From Flavitalea sp. (GTDB lineage Bacteria > Bacteroidota > Bacteroidia > Chitinophagales > Chitinophagaceae), in the NCBI GenBank assembly GCA_035489435.1, contig DATHKG010000005.1: a stretch of 64,000 bases of DNA; one strand, 5' to 3'. Position 1 is the first letter of the stretch. The number at the start of each line of letters is the position of its first letter. Made by a program: the position numbers and the translations under genes. The notes under the pieces were generated by a model. It searched no databases, had not been told where the DNA came from, and saw nothing but the letters and a program-made list of their open reading frames with translations. Below, piece after piece: positions 49,707 through 58,786 of this stretch.

Positions 49707-51320
49707 ATGCTAAGTTCTGCCGAATTACTAATTGAGGTGGAGGTAGAAAACTTCTCAACCATTAAAGATGGTATGACCATCCTTGCGACAAATAATGTTG
49801 CAGCCTCTTTTATTGCGGATCAGGATTTTCCAAAATCGCATACCCTTCCAAAATTTACACCGCTGCCTTTTAACAACTTTGGCCATTTTTATCTATTCGA
49901 CCACCAAAAGTTTCTAAAAATCATCTATCAAACTATCAAAGAACTAAAGCACTGTAATAATAAAAACGGCCAGGACATTAAATGGGTTTGGGGGATCGGG
50001 ACGGTTTTGCTATTTAGCGTTATAATTGTGACTGTAGTGGGGATGGAAAATCTAATCCCAATGCATTTCGCTATTCCTGCCATCATAGGGGCTCTTGCAT
50101 ATTTTATTTCTGTGAATATTTACAATCAAAAAATCAATAAACAAATTGCTGCAAAAAAGGCAGAAGTCCTGGAAAAACTATTGTGCAATACGTTTGAGGA
50201 GAAACAAGATTTTCCGTTTCCCGACCAGCTTAAAAGCTTACTTGCGCTTAGTGGCCAGGGACAAGCAACTAAGGAAACATTCCCTGTACTCGTTGCTTTT
50301 AAAGAGGACCATCCCTTTCCTGGTTTTGGAAGATTACAACTCGAGAATAAATTTTTCTGCCCACCTAAAAACCTGGATAACGTTGTACCTAAAGAGGAGG
50401 AGTATCTAATGCAAACGGTCATTTCCAAACTACAAAATTCATTGCAGGCAGGAGGAATAGAAAACATTGGTTTTGGGAAAGTTATTGTTTTAAACCGCGA
50501 AAGCCTGGATATTGATAGTCCATGGCTTGACGCTAATAAATGCCCGCTTCTTGAGAAAGACATTTACAATTTACAATCCGTTTATGCCGTTGATGAAAAT
50601 GCCTCTGTCAGGCTCTTTTTTATGGTAGAAGTTCTGTTCCCAAAATATGATTCAGCAGCATGTTTCTTTATTCGCATGTTCAGAGCAGGGAACTCTGCCG
50701 GCTGCCAGATAGCATTAACAACTATTGGCCCTCCAAAGCTTGGTAAACCCTACATAAAAAACAGATTGATGAAGTTCAAAATGGGAGAAACTGTCGATGG
50801 ATTTACTGTCAATAATATTTTGGAATCTGATAAAAATGAACAGCTTCTAAAGGAAATCCGGGAAAAGTTCAAGGAGAAATTCCACCACGACATCACAGTT
50901 GACCAATTAGTTGGATTAGACCCACTGAACGAAAAAGGTGAAAATGAAAAAAGTGTTACCTCAAAAAAGGAAGAGATCATCAGCCATGAAACTTCCTGGC
51001 CTGGCCGATACTATTACTACCCATACAATTTACGAGAAGAACAATCCCTGACATTTGGTGGCGACTTCTTTGGTTATCCTGAATTGGTCGGCACTATTTC
51101 CGTAGCCTACGAACAAATCTCTAAGTTGGTACTTGAGTGTATTGAAAGTCATGGATATGATATTTCTAAATACAAAGACAAAGAAGGTAAATATTCAATC
51201 AATGCCGAAAAAATTGAAAAGCTAATTGTTGGAGAAGTAATTCACATGAAAGAGGATAAGAAAGAGGCAGTTGGATCAAACAATAAGACAGCGAACGATA
51301 ACAAAAAGGTTAGTGTATAA
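49707..51320 (+). CDS. membrane protein (2 TM helices near residues 93-141) with large uncharacterised C-terminal domain; upstream partner of TIR gene
   Basis: 537 aa. WVWGIGTVLLFSVIIVTVVG and MHFAIPAIIGALAYFISVNIY are hydrophobic helices. The stop lies 3 nt before the TIR gene start. Confidence 0.6.
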   Translation: MLSSAELLIEVEVENFSTIKDGMTILATNNVAASFIADQDFPKSHTLPKFTPLPFNNFGHFYLFDHQKFLKIIYQTIKELKHCNNKNGQDIKWVWGIGTVLLFSVIIVTVVGMENLIPMHFAIPAIIGALAYFISVNIYNQKINKQIAAKKAEVLEKLLCNTFEEKQDFPFPDQLKSLLALSGQGQATKETFPVLVAFKEDHPFPGFGRLQLENKFFCPPKNLDNVVPKEEEYLMQTVISKLQNSLQAGGIENIGFGKVIVLNRESLDIDSPWLDANKCPLLEKDIYNLQSVYAVDENASVRLFFMVEVLFPKYDSAACFFIRMFRAGNSAGCQIALTTIGPPKLGKPYIKNRLMKFKMGETVDGFTVNNILESDKNEQLLKEIREKFKEKFHHDITVDQLVGLDPLNEKGENEKSVTSKKEEIISHETSWPGRYYYYPYNLREEQSLTFGGDFFGYPELVGTISVAYEQISKLVLECIESHGYDISKYKDKEGKYSINAEKIEKLIVGEVIHMKEDKKEAVGSNNKTANDNKKVSV

Positions 51321-51325
51321 GAAAT

Positions 51326-51892
51326 ATGAAAGTAACAATCAATGCCAAAACTGTAGGTCAGTTAATTAACGGAGATACTGTAAACCTGTATGCTGAGAAT
51401 AAAGAAATTGTTCAAACTATCAGGAAAGTAGAGGCCGAAGCCTTAAAAATTTTCATCTCCTATAGTCACAAGGATAACGAAATCAAAGACAAGTTGATTA
51501 CCCATTTGGCACCGCTTTATCGAAGTGGAAGTATCATTGCATGGAGTGACAGCAATATTTTACCTGGTGAGGAATGGGATTTTAAAATCAGGAAGTCGCT
51601 TGATGAGTCATCAATTATTTTACTTCTGCTTAGTGCAGATTTTATTATATCCGAATACATATGGAAATCCGAAGTCTTGCCGGCAATCGAAAAATATGAA
51701 AAGAAAGAAGCAGTTGTAATACCAATTATGTGTCGAGCCTGTATGTTTGATGAAATGCCTTACGCAAAATTTCAGGGCCTTCCTAAAAATATGATCCCTA
51801 TTGCTGATCATGCAAATATTGACCAGGTATTAACAGAGATTGTGAAGTCAATAAAAATCATAACCAATCAACTAATCCTTCGACAAGCTTAG
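51326..51892 (+). CDS. TIR-domain protein
   Basis: 188 aa. KIFISYSHKDNEIKDKLITHLAPL...IIAWSDSNILPGEEWDFKIRKSLDESSIILLLLSADFIISEYIWKSEVLPAIEKYEKKEAVVIPIMCR gives full TIR strands A to D, including a conserved Glu after the SxW motif. Confidence 0.8.
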   Translation: MKVTINAKTVGQLINGDTVNLYAENKEIVQTIRKVEAEALKIFISYSHKDNEIKDKLITHLAPLYRSGSIIAWSDSNILPGEEWDFKIRKSLDESSIILLLLSADFIISEYIWKSEVLPAIEKYEKKEAVVIPIMCRACMFDEMPYAKFQGLPKNMIPIADHANIDQVLTEIVKSIKIITNQLILRQA

Positions 51893-51944
51893 TATTTTTC
51901 GATGTTCGGCAACACTAAAACAATAAGTCCCCTAATTTTTTTGA

Positions 51945-52271
51945 AATATTCTAACTACTTATTCTTCACTAAGTAATTTCAGTTCGCTTCAAAACCGCAA
52001 TGATGTCGGACAGTTATGGGAACAATATTTTTTATCAGAAAGAATAAAATTCAATAGTTACCGCGGTTACCATCCGCAATATTATTTCTGGCGGACATAT
52101 GACCAGCAGGAACTGGACCTGATTGAAGTAAACAATAACCAGGAGATGGCAGCTTTTGAATGTAAATGGAAACAAGAAAAAATCAAAATTCCTGTTGGGT
52201 TTGCAAAAGCATATCCTGATGCGGGATTTACGGGAATCACTTCATCCAATTACCTGGCTTTCATCACTTAA
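51945..52271 (+). pseudogene. C-terminal remnant of a DUF4143-type AAA+ ATPase gene (N-terminus missing)
   Basis: Open frame encodes ...GQLWEQYFLSERIKFNSYRGYHPQYYFWRTYDQQELDLIEVNNNQEMAAFECKWKQEKIKIPVGFAKAYPD... matching the DUF4143 C-terminal pattern (yfWRt..g.EvDfv....iEvK). There is no start codon or ATPase domain upstream. Confidence 0.55.
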
Positions 52272-52476
52272 ATAATTACGACTTCAGCGACCGAAAGCGA
52301 AAGGCAAAACCATAAATTGTTTTACTTCAAGGGAAAAACCGTAGTAATACTGAGGTTTACTTCGTCAGTTTCCCGTATTTTTCTACGAAAAAATTAGATG
52401 GATTCCAGTGTGGGAATCTGTTGAGGAAGTTCATCGACAGAAAACTCCTAAATAAAACCTTAACTCTTCAATATAG

Positions 52477-53094
52477 ATGATCTCCATCGACGCATTTTCT
52501 ACGCTCCCTGATCAGATTAAAGTTTATAATCTAAAAAGTTTACGAAATAGAATCTCCGGTTCTCACACGAACCTGCTTCACAGGAATTTCAGTGCGATAC
52601 CTATTGACGACCAATTGAACGAATTGTTGGTTCAGATTGCAGATTATTTAAAAGCTCTTGAACCTGGATCCGTTTATAGTTTTTTTTCACGTTACGCTCT
52701 CAAAGTTACATCTCAATGGAGCTGGTTACTGTCTTCGGCCCACTTACATATCCCCAAAGATTCGGGGGAAGAAGAAATCGTGGTTTTTACATATGATCTT
52801 GATTCATTAGGAGACATCAAACCAAGGCTTTACAACGCACTTGAGTCTCAGATTTATTTTCAGGAAAATTTTAATAATGTTTCCAGTCTCACAAGAAAAG
52901 AAAGAGAGATTGTTGGTTTACTGGCAAGCGGTTTAAACAGCCGGGAAATCGCTCAAAAGATTTACATATCAGTTCATACCGTTAATACACATCGTAAGCG
53001 GATAATCGAAAAATTAGGTATCAAAGACCATGTCGGTTTGTTAAAGTATGCCGAGGCTTTTGGATTAAGTCATCAATCAACAACCACACCATGA
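52477..53094 (+). CDS. LuxR-family HTH transcriptional regulator
   Basis: C-terminus LTRKEREIVGLLASGLNSREIAQKIYISVHTVNTHRKRIIEKLGI. Confidence 0.75.
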   Translation: MISIDAFSTLPDQIKVYNLKSLRNRISGSHTNLLHRNFSAIPIDDQLNELLVQIADYLKALEPGSVYSFFSRYALKVTSQWSWLLSSAHLHIPKDSGEEEIVVFTYDLDSLGDIKPRLYNALESQIYFQENFNNVSSLTRKEREIVGLLASGLNSREIAQKIYISVHTVNTHRKRIIEKLGIKDHVGLLKYAEAFGLSHQSTTTP

Positions 53095-53816
53095 GCCGCT
53101 ATATAACAAGCACCGAAATTCAAAAGGCAAACCGCCAGCAGGTATATACCCTCGAAAGAAAAATTTATAATGGTGCCCTTTCTCTTGATGCAATTGGTGA
53201 TTATCTGCCCGGGAACGTGCTCGTAACGGATCTAGGGCGCATGGCAACCGTGTATATGAATAAGAATGGTTGCAACCGCTTAAAGCATAGTATAGAAGAG
53301 TTGGAAGAGAAAGGGCCTCTATATTTCCAACAATTTTTTGTACCGGCAGAAACGGAGATTATTGTGAATACTTATCTCAAAATGCAGCAGGTTCAGGATC
53401 CATCCAAAATTTTCACCTTTGCACACAGGGCTAAAGCTCTCCATGAAAAATCCTTCAAATGGTATTTCGCTTCAGCCAAACTTATGTATACTCCTGGTCA
53501 ACAGGTCTCGGACAAAATATTACTTATAGTGAACGAAGTCAATTCGACCGGACAAATAGCTAACAAGATCAACAGTGTACTGGAAGAAACGGACTGGATG
53601 AAGAAAAACTTTCGAAAGTTCTGTCTACTCACACCACGGGAGAAAATAATAATTTCAATGGTCATCAGTGGCAAAAACAGCTGTCAAATAGCTGACGAGT
53701 TACAAGTCTCCTCACTCACAATTAATACTCATCGCCGAAACATAAATGTTAAACTCGAAACCAGGAGTATTGCCGCGCTATATAAATTTTCCGTTGCATT
53801 TGGGTTGCATAAATAA
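53091..53816 (+). CDS. LuxR-family HTH transcriptional regulator (tandem paralog)
   Basis: C-terminus LTPREKIIISMVISGKNSCQIADELQVSSLTINTHRRNINVKL. 4-nt overlap with the previous gene. Confidence 0.75.
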   Translation: MSRYITSTEIQKANRQQVYTLERKIYNGALSLDAIGDYLPGNVLVTDLGRMATVYMNKNGCNRLKHSIEELEEKGPLYFQQFFVPAETEIIVNTYLKMQQVQDPSKIFTFAHRAKALHEKSFKWYFASAKLMYTPGQQVSDKILLIVNEVNSTGQIANKINSVLEETDWMKKNFRKFCLLTPREKIIISMVISGKNSCQIADELQVSSLTINTHRRNINVKLETRSIAALYKFSVAFGLHK

Positions 53817-53826
53817 ACTCCCATTA

Positions 53827-55830
53827 TCACTGAAATTGATAATCAAAATCTTCTTCTACATCGGGATCTGCATCAGTGTGTAGATGTAACCGATCTTTTC
53901 TTATCGATAAAATTGAAAAGACTACCTCTTTTCCTGTCGGAATCTCCCAAAAATCGACAGGAAATTTTACATCTATTGATTTCGTTTGGCTGTTATATCT
54001 CCAGTTAAATGAAACGGTGGCATAATCTGGCCTGGAATAATTGGTGAGCTTACAATTAAATTCATCTGTTATTTCAGTCCCCCAGTCTACCTGCCAGCGT
54101 TGAAAAATACCAGTTCCATCTGCTTTGAAGGTGATGTGTAGGCTATCCTGAATGTCCCAGTGATATGTTGTCATTTTGCAACGGGGATATTCGTTGGTGT
54201 AGTATGCGGAATCATTAAATATACCACCATCGTCGTCAGTTCCTGCGAAAGCCTTCCAGGTGCCGTGATTTATAATCATGTTCACTGTATCGTTCCCTTG
54301 TAGCTTTGCCTGAAATGTAACAATTCCAATCATAGAACCATCTCCCTTCCTTAATACTGCTTCTACGAGTTGATCTTCTTCTTCCTTATTACCTAATATC
54401 CAGTTTACTTCCGCCAGGCCCTGGGGATCGGTCATTACAAATTTTGAACTTAAAGTGCCGCCACCACTTTTAACCCTGAAATTCACATTAACACCACCCT
54501 GCGGCGAAAGCACTATGTCGTTTACTTTTACAACAAGCGGTTTTTGAAGCTGTTTATCTTTTATACCATCCTGTTCATCACCTGATACTTTTTCGATTTT
54601 GACAGGTGTAGAATAAATCAGGCGTTCTGTATCCCAGGTTTTCGAAGTCTCTACCAACTTCTTCCCGAACACACCAGCATGAGCTCCTATATTTGTCTGC
54701 AACCAGGCTGCGGCGGAAATATCCCAGACCGTACCAGTTTCGGGTTTATCACTACCCGCAACTTTCAATTCCTCCATAAGCGCCAACGAAGCATTTATAC
54801 CAACCATACCATTCAGGGTGACTGTGATAACCGGACTTATTGACATATTCAGGGTTCCGTTTGCCAGGCTCTCTTTACCTCCAGCTCTCACTGATCCCTC
54901 CAACTTCCCATCATAGATTGGCGAGATTGAACCTTTTTCGTATTTGATGCCGAAATCCACTGTACTTGCAGCTTCTGTGTGAAGCGACCTGCTAATTTTG
55001 GCGTTAGCCGAACCGTAAACATTGTATTGTAGATCGATTGTAATCGTTGTAATCAGCGGTACCGGCACAACGCCAACAAATACTACCCGGGGATATATTT
55101 TTTTATATTTTGCGAGCGAACCCTTGATTGCCGGGAGATTTACATTCTTTTCCAGTATAACTTCAAAATCGGCTGTAGCTTTTATGCCAGCATCCTCGCA
55201 GGCAGCCAGGAGATAGCTTAAACTACCGGCCGAAAACTCGTGGTCAAATTTCCAGGTGGCATCGAGATTAACCATTCCTTGATTAAGTTTGATGATCGCA
55301 CCACCTTCGTTATAAAGAATTTTTTCTTGAATGGGAAGATCAACACTATTCATTACTTTCTCATCCTGATCAATACCCTTTTCAGCATCAGGCTGTTTGG
55401 GCAACTTTTTATTATTAGGAATCAGTTCGCTTAAATCAAATTCGTACGAGAATTTCCCCTGGCTAAAAACCTCGTCAAGGGCAGCAGGTTCCGTCTTAAA
55501 CGTTACCTTGTTTCCCTGTGCAACTACGCTCCTGACTCTTCTTATATAACCTTCTCCGGTCGAGCCCACGATAATATCACCGGCTTTAATTGTTATTAAG
55601 TTTTCTGAATGCGTAAATTCATAGTCTCCTTGCTTCAGTAAATTCGTATCGTTGGATAGAATAAATTTTGTAGAATCAATAATTCTTACGTCCCGATGCA
55701 GTGCCATTGTAGTATCCGAGGTGCCTGGAACTTCATTTTCATCATTTTCGGGACCATTTTTCCGGCAATTGGACATGACGATGGTAATGGCGATCAATGC
55801 CAGTAAAGCTGCAGTTTTGGTAGAATTCAT
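53827..55830 (-). CDS. hypothetical lipoprotein (667 aa)
   Basis: Signal peptide plus lipobox (...IAITIVMSNC). Beta-rich. Confidence 0.6.
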   Translation of the reverse strand: MNSTKTAALLALIAITIVMSNCRKNGPENDENEVPGTSDTTMALHRDVRIIDSTKFILSNDTNLLKQGDYEFTHSENLITIKAGDIIVGSTGEGYIRRVRSVVAQGNKVTFKTEPAALDEVFSQGKFSYEFDLSELIPNNKKLPKQPDAEKGIDQDEKVMNSVDLPIQEKILYNEGGAIIKLNQGMVNLDATWKFDHEFSAGSLSYLLAACEDAGIKATADFEVILEKNVNLPAIKGSLAKYKKIYPRVVFVGVVPVPLITTITIDLQYNVYGSANAKISRSLHTEAASTVDFGIKYEKGSISPIYDGKLEGSVRAGGKESLANGTLNMSISPVITVTLNGMVGINASLALMEELKVAGSDKPETGTVWDISAAAWLQTNIGAHAGVFGKKLVETSKTWDTERLIYSTPVKIEKVSGDEQDGIKDKQLQKPLVVKVNDIVLSPQGGVNVNFRVKSGGGTLSSKFVMTDPQGLAEVNWILGNKEEEDQLVEAVLRKGDGSMIGIVTFQAKLQGNDTVNMIINHGTWKAFAGTDDDGGIFNDSAYYTNEYPRCKMTTYHWDIQDSLHITFKADGTGIFQRWQVDWGTEITDEFNCKLTNYSRPDYATVSFNWRYNSQTKSIDVKFPVDFWEIPTGKEVVFSILSIRKDRLHLHTDADPDVEEDFDYQFQ

Positions 55831-56087
55831 TTAAGGAGTGTCTTAATTTTAATCGAAATTTTCTACGGTCAATCATAGTGCTTTGAAGCATCAAAGCTAT
55901 GCGAACCATGCATTGACACCTATACCTACTTGTAGGTAGTTTTAATTCCGCAAAAATGCAGGATTTTTCCTACGGAGCAGTGAAGGCAATTGTTGATTTT
56001 GATGAGATGGAACCGCCGTATACCAAACGTAAGGTAGTGTGAGAGGACAGTCTGAAAATAACCCGCCGTATGATTGAAAGGCTCATA

Positions 56088-57011
56088 TTAGTCAAACAGC
56101 CCTGTGTTAATATATTTCATTCCTGAATCGCAGGCAACGGTTAGCACGTTTTTCCCTTTTCCTAATTTTTTTGCAAGCCGTAATGCCGCCGCAACATTCA
56201 GTCCGGTAGAGGTACCAGCAAATATTCCCTCTTCTTTAGCCAGTCGTTTGGCTATTAATCTTGCTTCTGACTCCTCAATCAGGAGCACTTCATTATACGT
56301 TGAATTACTAAGTAAAGGAGGAACAAATCCGACGCTAATTCCATCAATAGAGTGTGTACCCTTAATCCCTTTTGCAATTAGCGGTGAGGATGAAGGCTCA
56401 ACTATAAATGTCAGTATATTCTCATTTGCTTCGCGAAGGATCTTCGTCATTCCCACGTACATTCCGGCAGTACCCACCGAAGCGCAAAAAGCGTCAACTC
56501 TTCCGGAAAACTGCTTAGTGATTTCAGCGCCCATCACCTCATAGCCACTCAAAGCATCAATGTTTTCAAACTGCCTGGTCCAGTAATATTGCTGTGACAA
56601 ACTTAAGTCCTGTACTTTTTTCATCATTTGGGGGATAAGATCTGGTGTGATCTTTCCTCCGGGAGCAGATACGATTTCCAGCACTGCCCCAAAGACCTTC
56701 ATCGCGCGAAGTTTCTCAGGAGCAAACGCATCACTGGTTATTATTTTTAATGGATATCCTTTCAAGGCACATACGAAGGCAAGAGAGGTACCAGTGCTTC
56801 CTGCTGTGCATTCTATTACAGTCATTCCGCTGCGAAGATCCCCGCGATTCTCTGCTCCGTGAATTATGGCATCTGCCATCCGGTCTTTGTAAGATCCGGT
56901 TGGGTTTAAATATTCAAGTTTAATATAGATGTCAGCATTTTCTGAAGAACCAAGTTTGCTTAGTTTCACAAGCGGCGTATTGCCTATGCATTCGAGGAGC
57001 TTCTCAGCCAT
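56088..57011 (-). CDS. PLP-dependent cysteine synthase / cystathionine beta-synthase family enzyme
   Basis: ...GNTPLVKL...NPTGSYKDRMA... (PLP lysine) ...TAGSTGTSLA... Confidence 0.85.
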   Translation of the reverse strand: MAEKLLECIGNTPLVKLSKLGSSENADIYIKLEYLNPTGSYKDRMADAIIHGAENRGDLRSGMTVIECTAGSTGTSLAFVCALKGYPLKIITSDAFAPEKLRAMKVFGAVLEIVSAPGGKITPDLIPQMMKKVQDLSLSQQYYWTRQFENIDALSGYEVMGAEITKQFSGRVDAFCASVGTAGMYVGMTKILREANENILTFIVEPSSSPLIAKGIKGTHSIDGISVGFVPPLLSNSTYNEVLLIEESEARLIAKRLAKEEGIFAGTSTGLNVAAALRLAKKLGKGKNVLTVACDSGMKYINTGLFD

Positions 57012-57054
57012 ATTTGAAGTTAATAATAAATGTCAAGAGTGGTTATGGCCCTTT

Positions 57055-57993
57055 TTACAATCTAACTCTTTCGGTAATCAAATTTTTGTATTCAATTTTT
57101 CTTTCCTCACTTAAAAAAGAAATATCAATTAGCTCAATTGCCTTAGACAACCACTTGTCAATTCTTTTATACACGGTTTGCACCTGTTTTTCATTTAACC
57201 TCAGTGAGGTAGCAAAGCGCGTAAAATAGGCTCTATTAAAATTAAATTTTTTACCCCCAAGCAGTAATGCCATTTCTTCCTTGTCTTTCGGCAAAATCAT
57301 TTTCACATTAAGTAAATCATATGCCGGAGATAAAACCCATCCCATGGGTAATAGAAACATTGAAAAATTCTTAAGATGCATATCATTGTTGCCAATGAGA
57401 TAATTGAAAATAGTTAGTTCAAAAAAGCGCAGCTTGTCCAATAAAGTATTGGCTGAAAGTTCTCCAATCCTTTTTCCTAATTTTTCCATAGTCCCTTTGT
57501 ATTTATCTTCCAGTTCCAGGATTTGCAGAAAGTCTATCATATGGTTTTTGCTGCCATCGTTATTTCGGTCTATTCGTTTGGTAATAAAGCATAATTCACC
57601 TGAAGCCAGGCGAATCATATTCACCGGCACAATATCAATACCAAATAAGGCTGCCAGTTTCATCGACAAATGCTCGTTCTCCGGCATTTGCGGATAGATT
57701 TTTACCGGTGGTTTTAATATATAATTGCCATCTAAGGCATCCATAATGGTTAACTTGTTTTGGTGTCCATCATTCAATGCTGACTTTAGCCATCCTAAAG
57801 AAAGCTTGGGTTGGACACCCGGTACTGCAACCGAAAGTTCTATGGTTTTCTTAGCTAATTGCTCAATCTCATCCAGGGCAAATAACAATTGAGGAGCTTG
57901 CTCTGTACCAAAAAACTTCCTGGCACAGCTTGGATGATAGTCCTGCTGTCCTTGTTCCAAAGGCAAATAACAGCTTAAACATTTAGCCGGCAT
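57055..57993 (-). CDS. hipT: HipA-C-like Ser/Thr kinase toxin (HipT of a tripartite HipBST module)
   Basis: 312 aa. ...IGNNDMHLKNFSM...SPAYDLLN... is the HipA kinase core. It lacks the HipA N-domain, which is encoded separately upstream. Confidence 0.75.
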   Translation of the reverse strand: MPAKCLSCYLPLEQGQQDYHPSCARKFFGTEQAPQLLFALDEIEQLAKKTIELSVAVPGVQPKLSLGWLKSALNDGHQNKLTIMDALDGNYILKPPVKIYPQMPENEHLSMKLAALFGIDIVPVNMIRLASGELCFITKRIDRNNDGSKNHMIDFLQILELEDKYKGTMEKLGKRIGELSANTLLDKLRFFELTIFNYLIGNNDMHLKNFSMFLLPMGWVLSPAYDLLNVKMILPKDKEEMALLLGGKKFNFNRAYFTRFATSLRLNEKQVQTVYKRIDKWLSKAIELIDISFLSEERKIEYKNLITERVRL

Positions 57994-58318
57994 CTTCGTT
58001 CTTAATTTGATGAATACTTACTGCACCGATGCAACTTTTGCCCACCGCCAGCAACAATCCCATTCTGTCGTTTCGGTTGATACGCCAGCTTTCTATTGTG
58101 ATGTTCAGCAGCCAGCCTTCGGGAATCAAACCATCAAAAAAAGGAAATAACCGCTTGCTTCGATATAGTTGATTATTTACCGGTAGTTGAAAGCTTACGA
58201 ACTGCTGTGGAAAGTTTTTTATATAATCGTCAGAATAAGAGAATGTATATTCCCCATCATCTGTTTCCTGTAACATTCCGGCCTTAATATCTTTATATTT
58301 AACTATTGCCTGTCTCAT
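57983..58318 (-). CDS. hipS: HipA N-terminal-domain-like protein (HipS)
   Basis: 111 aa. ...FPFFDGLIPEGW...SCIGAVSIH resembles the HipA_N subdomain. Overlaps the kinase gene by 11 nt. Confidence 0.65.
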   Translation of the reverse strand: MRQAIVKYKDIKAGMLQETDDGEYTFSYSDDYIKNFPQQFVSFQLPVNNQLYRSKRLFPFFDGLIPEGWLLNITIESWRINRNDRMGLLLAVGKSCIGAVSIHQIKNEDAG

Positions 58319-58517
58319 GATGTTGAATATTTACCGGGCCTAAAGTATGTCCAAACATCAGCAATACCTGGTTCACTTTTGACAGACTCAGGTTTTCTTT
58401 TCCCTGTTCAACCTTACGGATAACTGTTAATGCCACACCTGCCTTTTCAGCAAACTCCTCCTGGGTTATACCTAACTGCTTTCTCCTGGTTTTTACAAAA
58501 TCAGCGATTGGATTCAT
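58299..58517 (-). CDS. hipB: HTH XRE-family antitoxin/regulator (HipB-like)
   Basis: 72 aa. RRKQLGITQEEFAEKAGVALTVIRKVEQGKENLSLSKVNQVL. Overlaps hipS by 20 nt. Confidence 0.7.
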   Translation of the reverse strand: MNPIADFVKTRRKQLGITQEEFAEKAGVALTVIRKVEQGKENLSLSKVNQVLLMFGHTLGPVNIQHHETGNS

Positions 58518-58585
58518 TTTATATGTGTTTGGATATAAAAATAGGCTATTTTCAGAAATTATATGTAAAGGGATATAAAATCACG

Positions 58586-58627
58586 TTCTATAAAAAATTA
58601 TATGTATTTGCATATAATTTTATAGAA
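58586..58627. promoter_or_regulatory. near-perfect 17-19-bp inverted repeat (TTCTATAAAAAATTATATG-tatttg-CATATAATTTTATAGAA), candidate HipB operator
   Basis: Located 70-110 bp upstream of the hipB start. A direct repeat GGATATAAAA lies at 58531 and 58571. Confidence 0.4.
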
Positions 58628-58786
58628 AAGTCGCTGCATCGCAACTTCTTATACATATGGATGTAAGTATGTTGTTGAGCTTGATAAAATAACCGGGCAG
58701 GCAACGAATCTTAGCATGGCTGCTATGTAAGGACCGCCATTGAGCAGGTTAGCTGGTTTCAGAATAAGATATAGATCTGTTAACTT

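Noticed and set aside
55880-55897. Palindrome GCTTTGAAGCATCAAAGC as a cysteine-synthase terminator
   Set aside because: About 190 bp from the stop codon and lacking a U-tract. Could equally be a regulator site for the lipoprotein promoter. Left unassigned.
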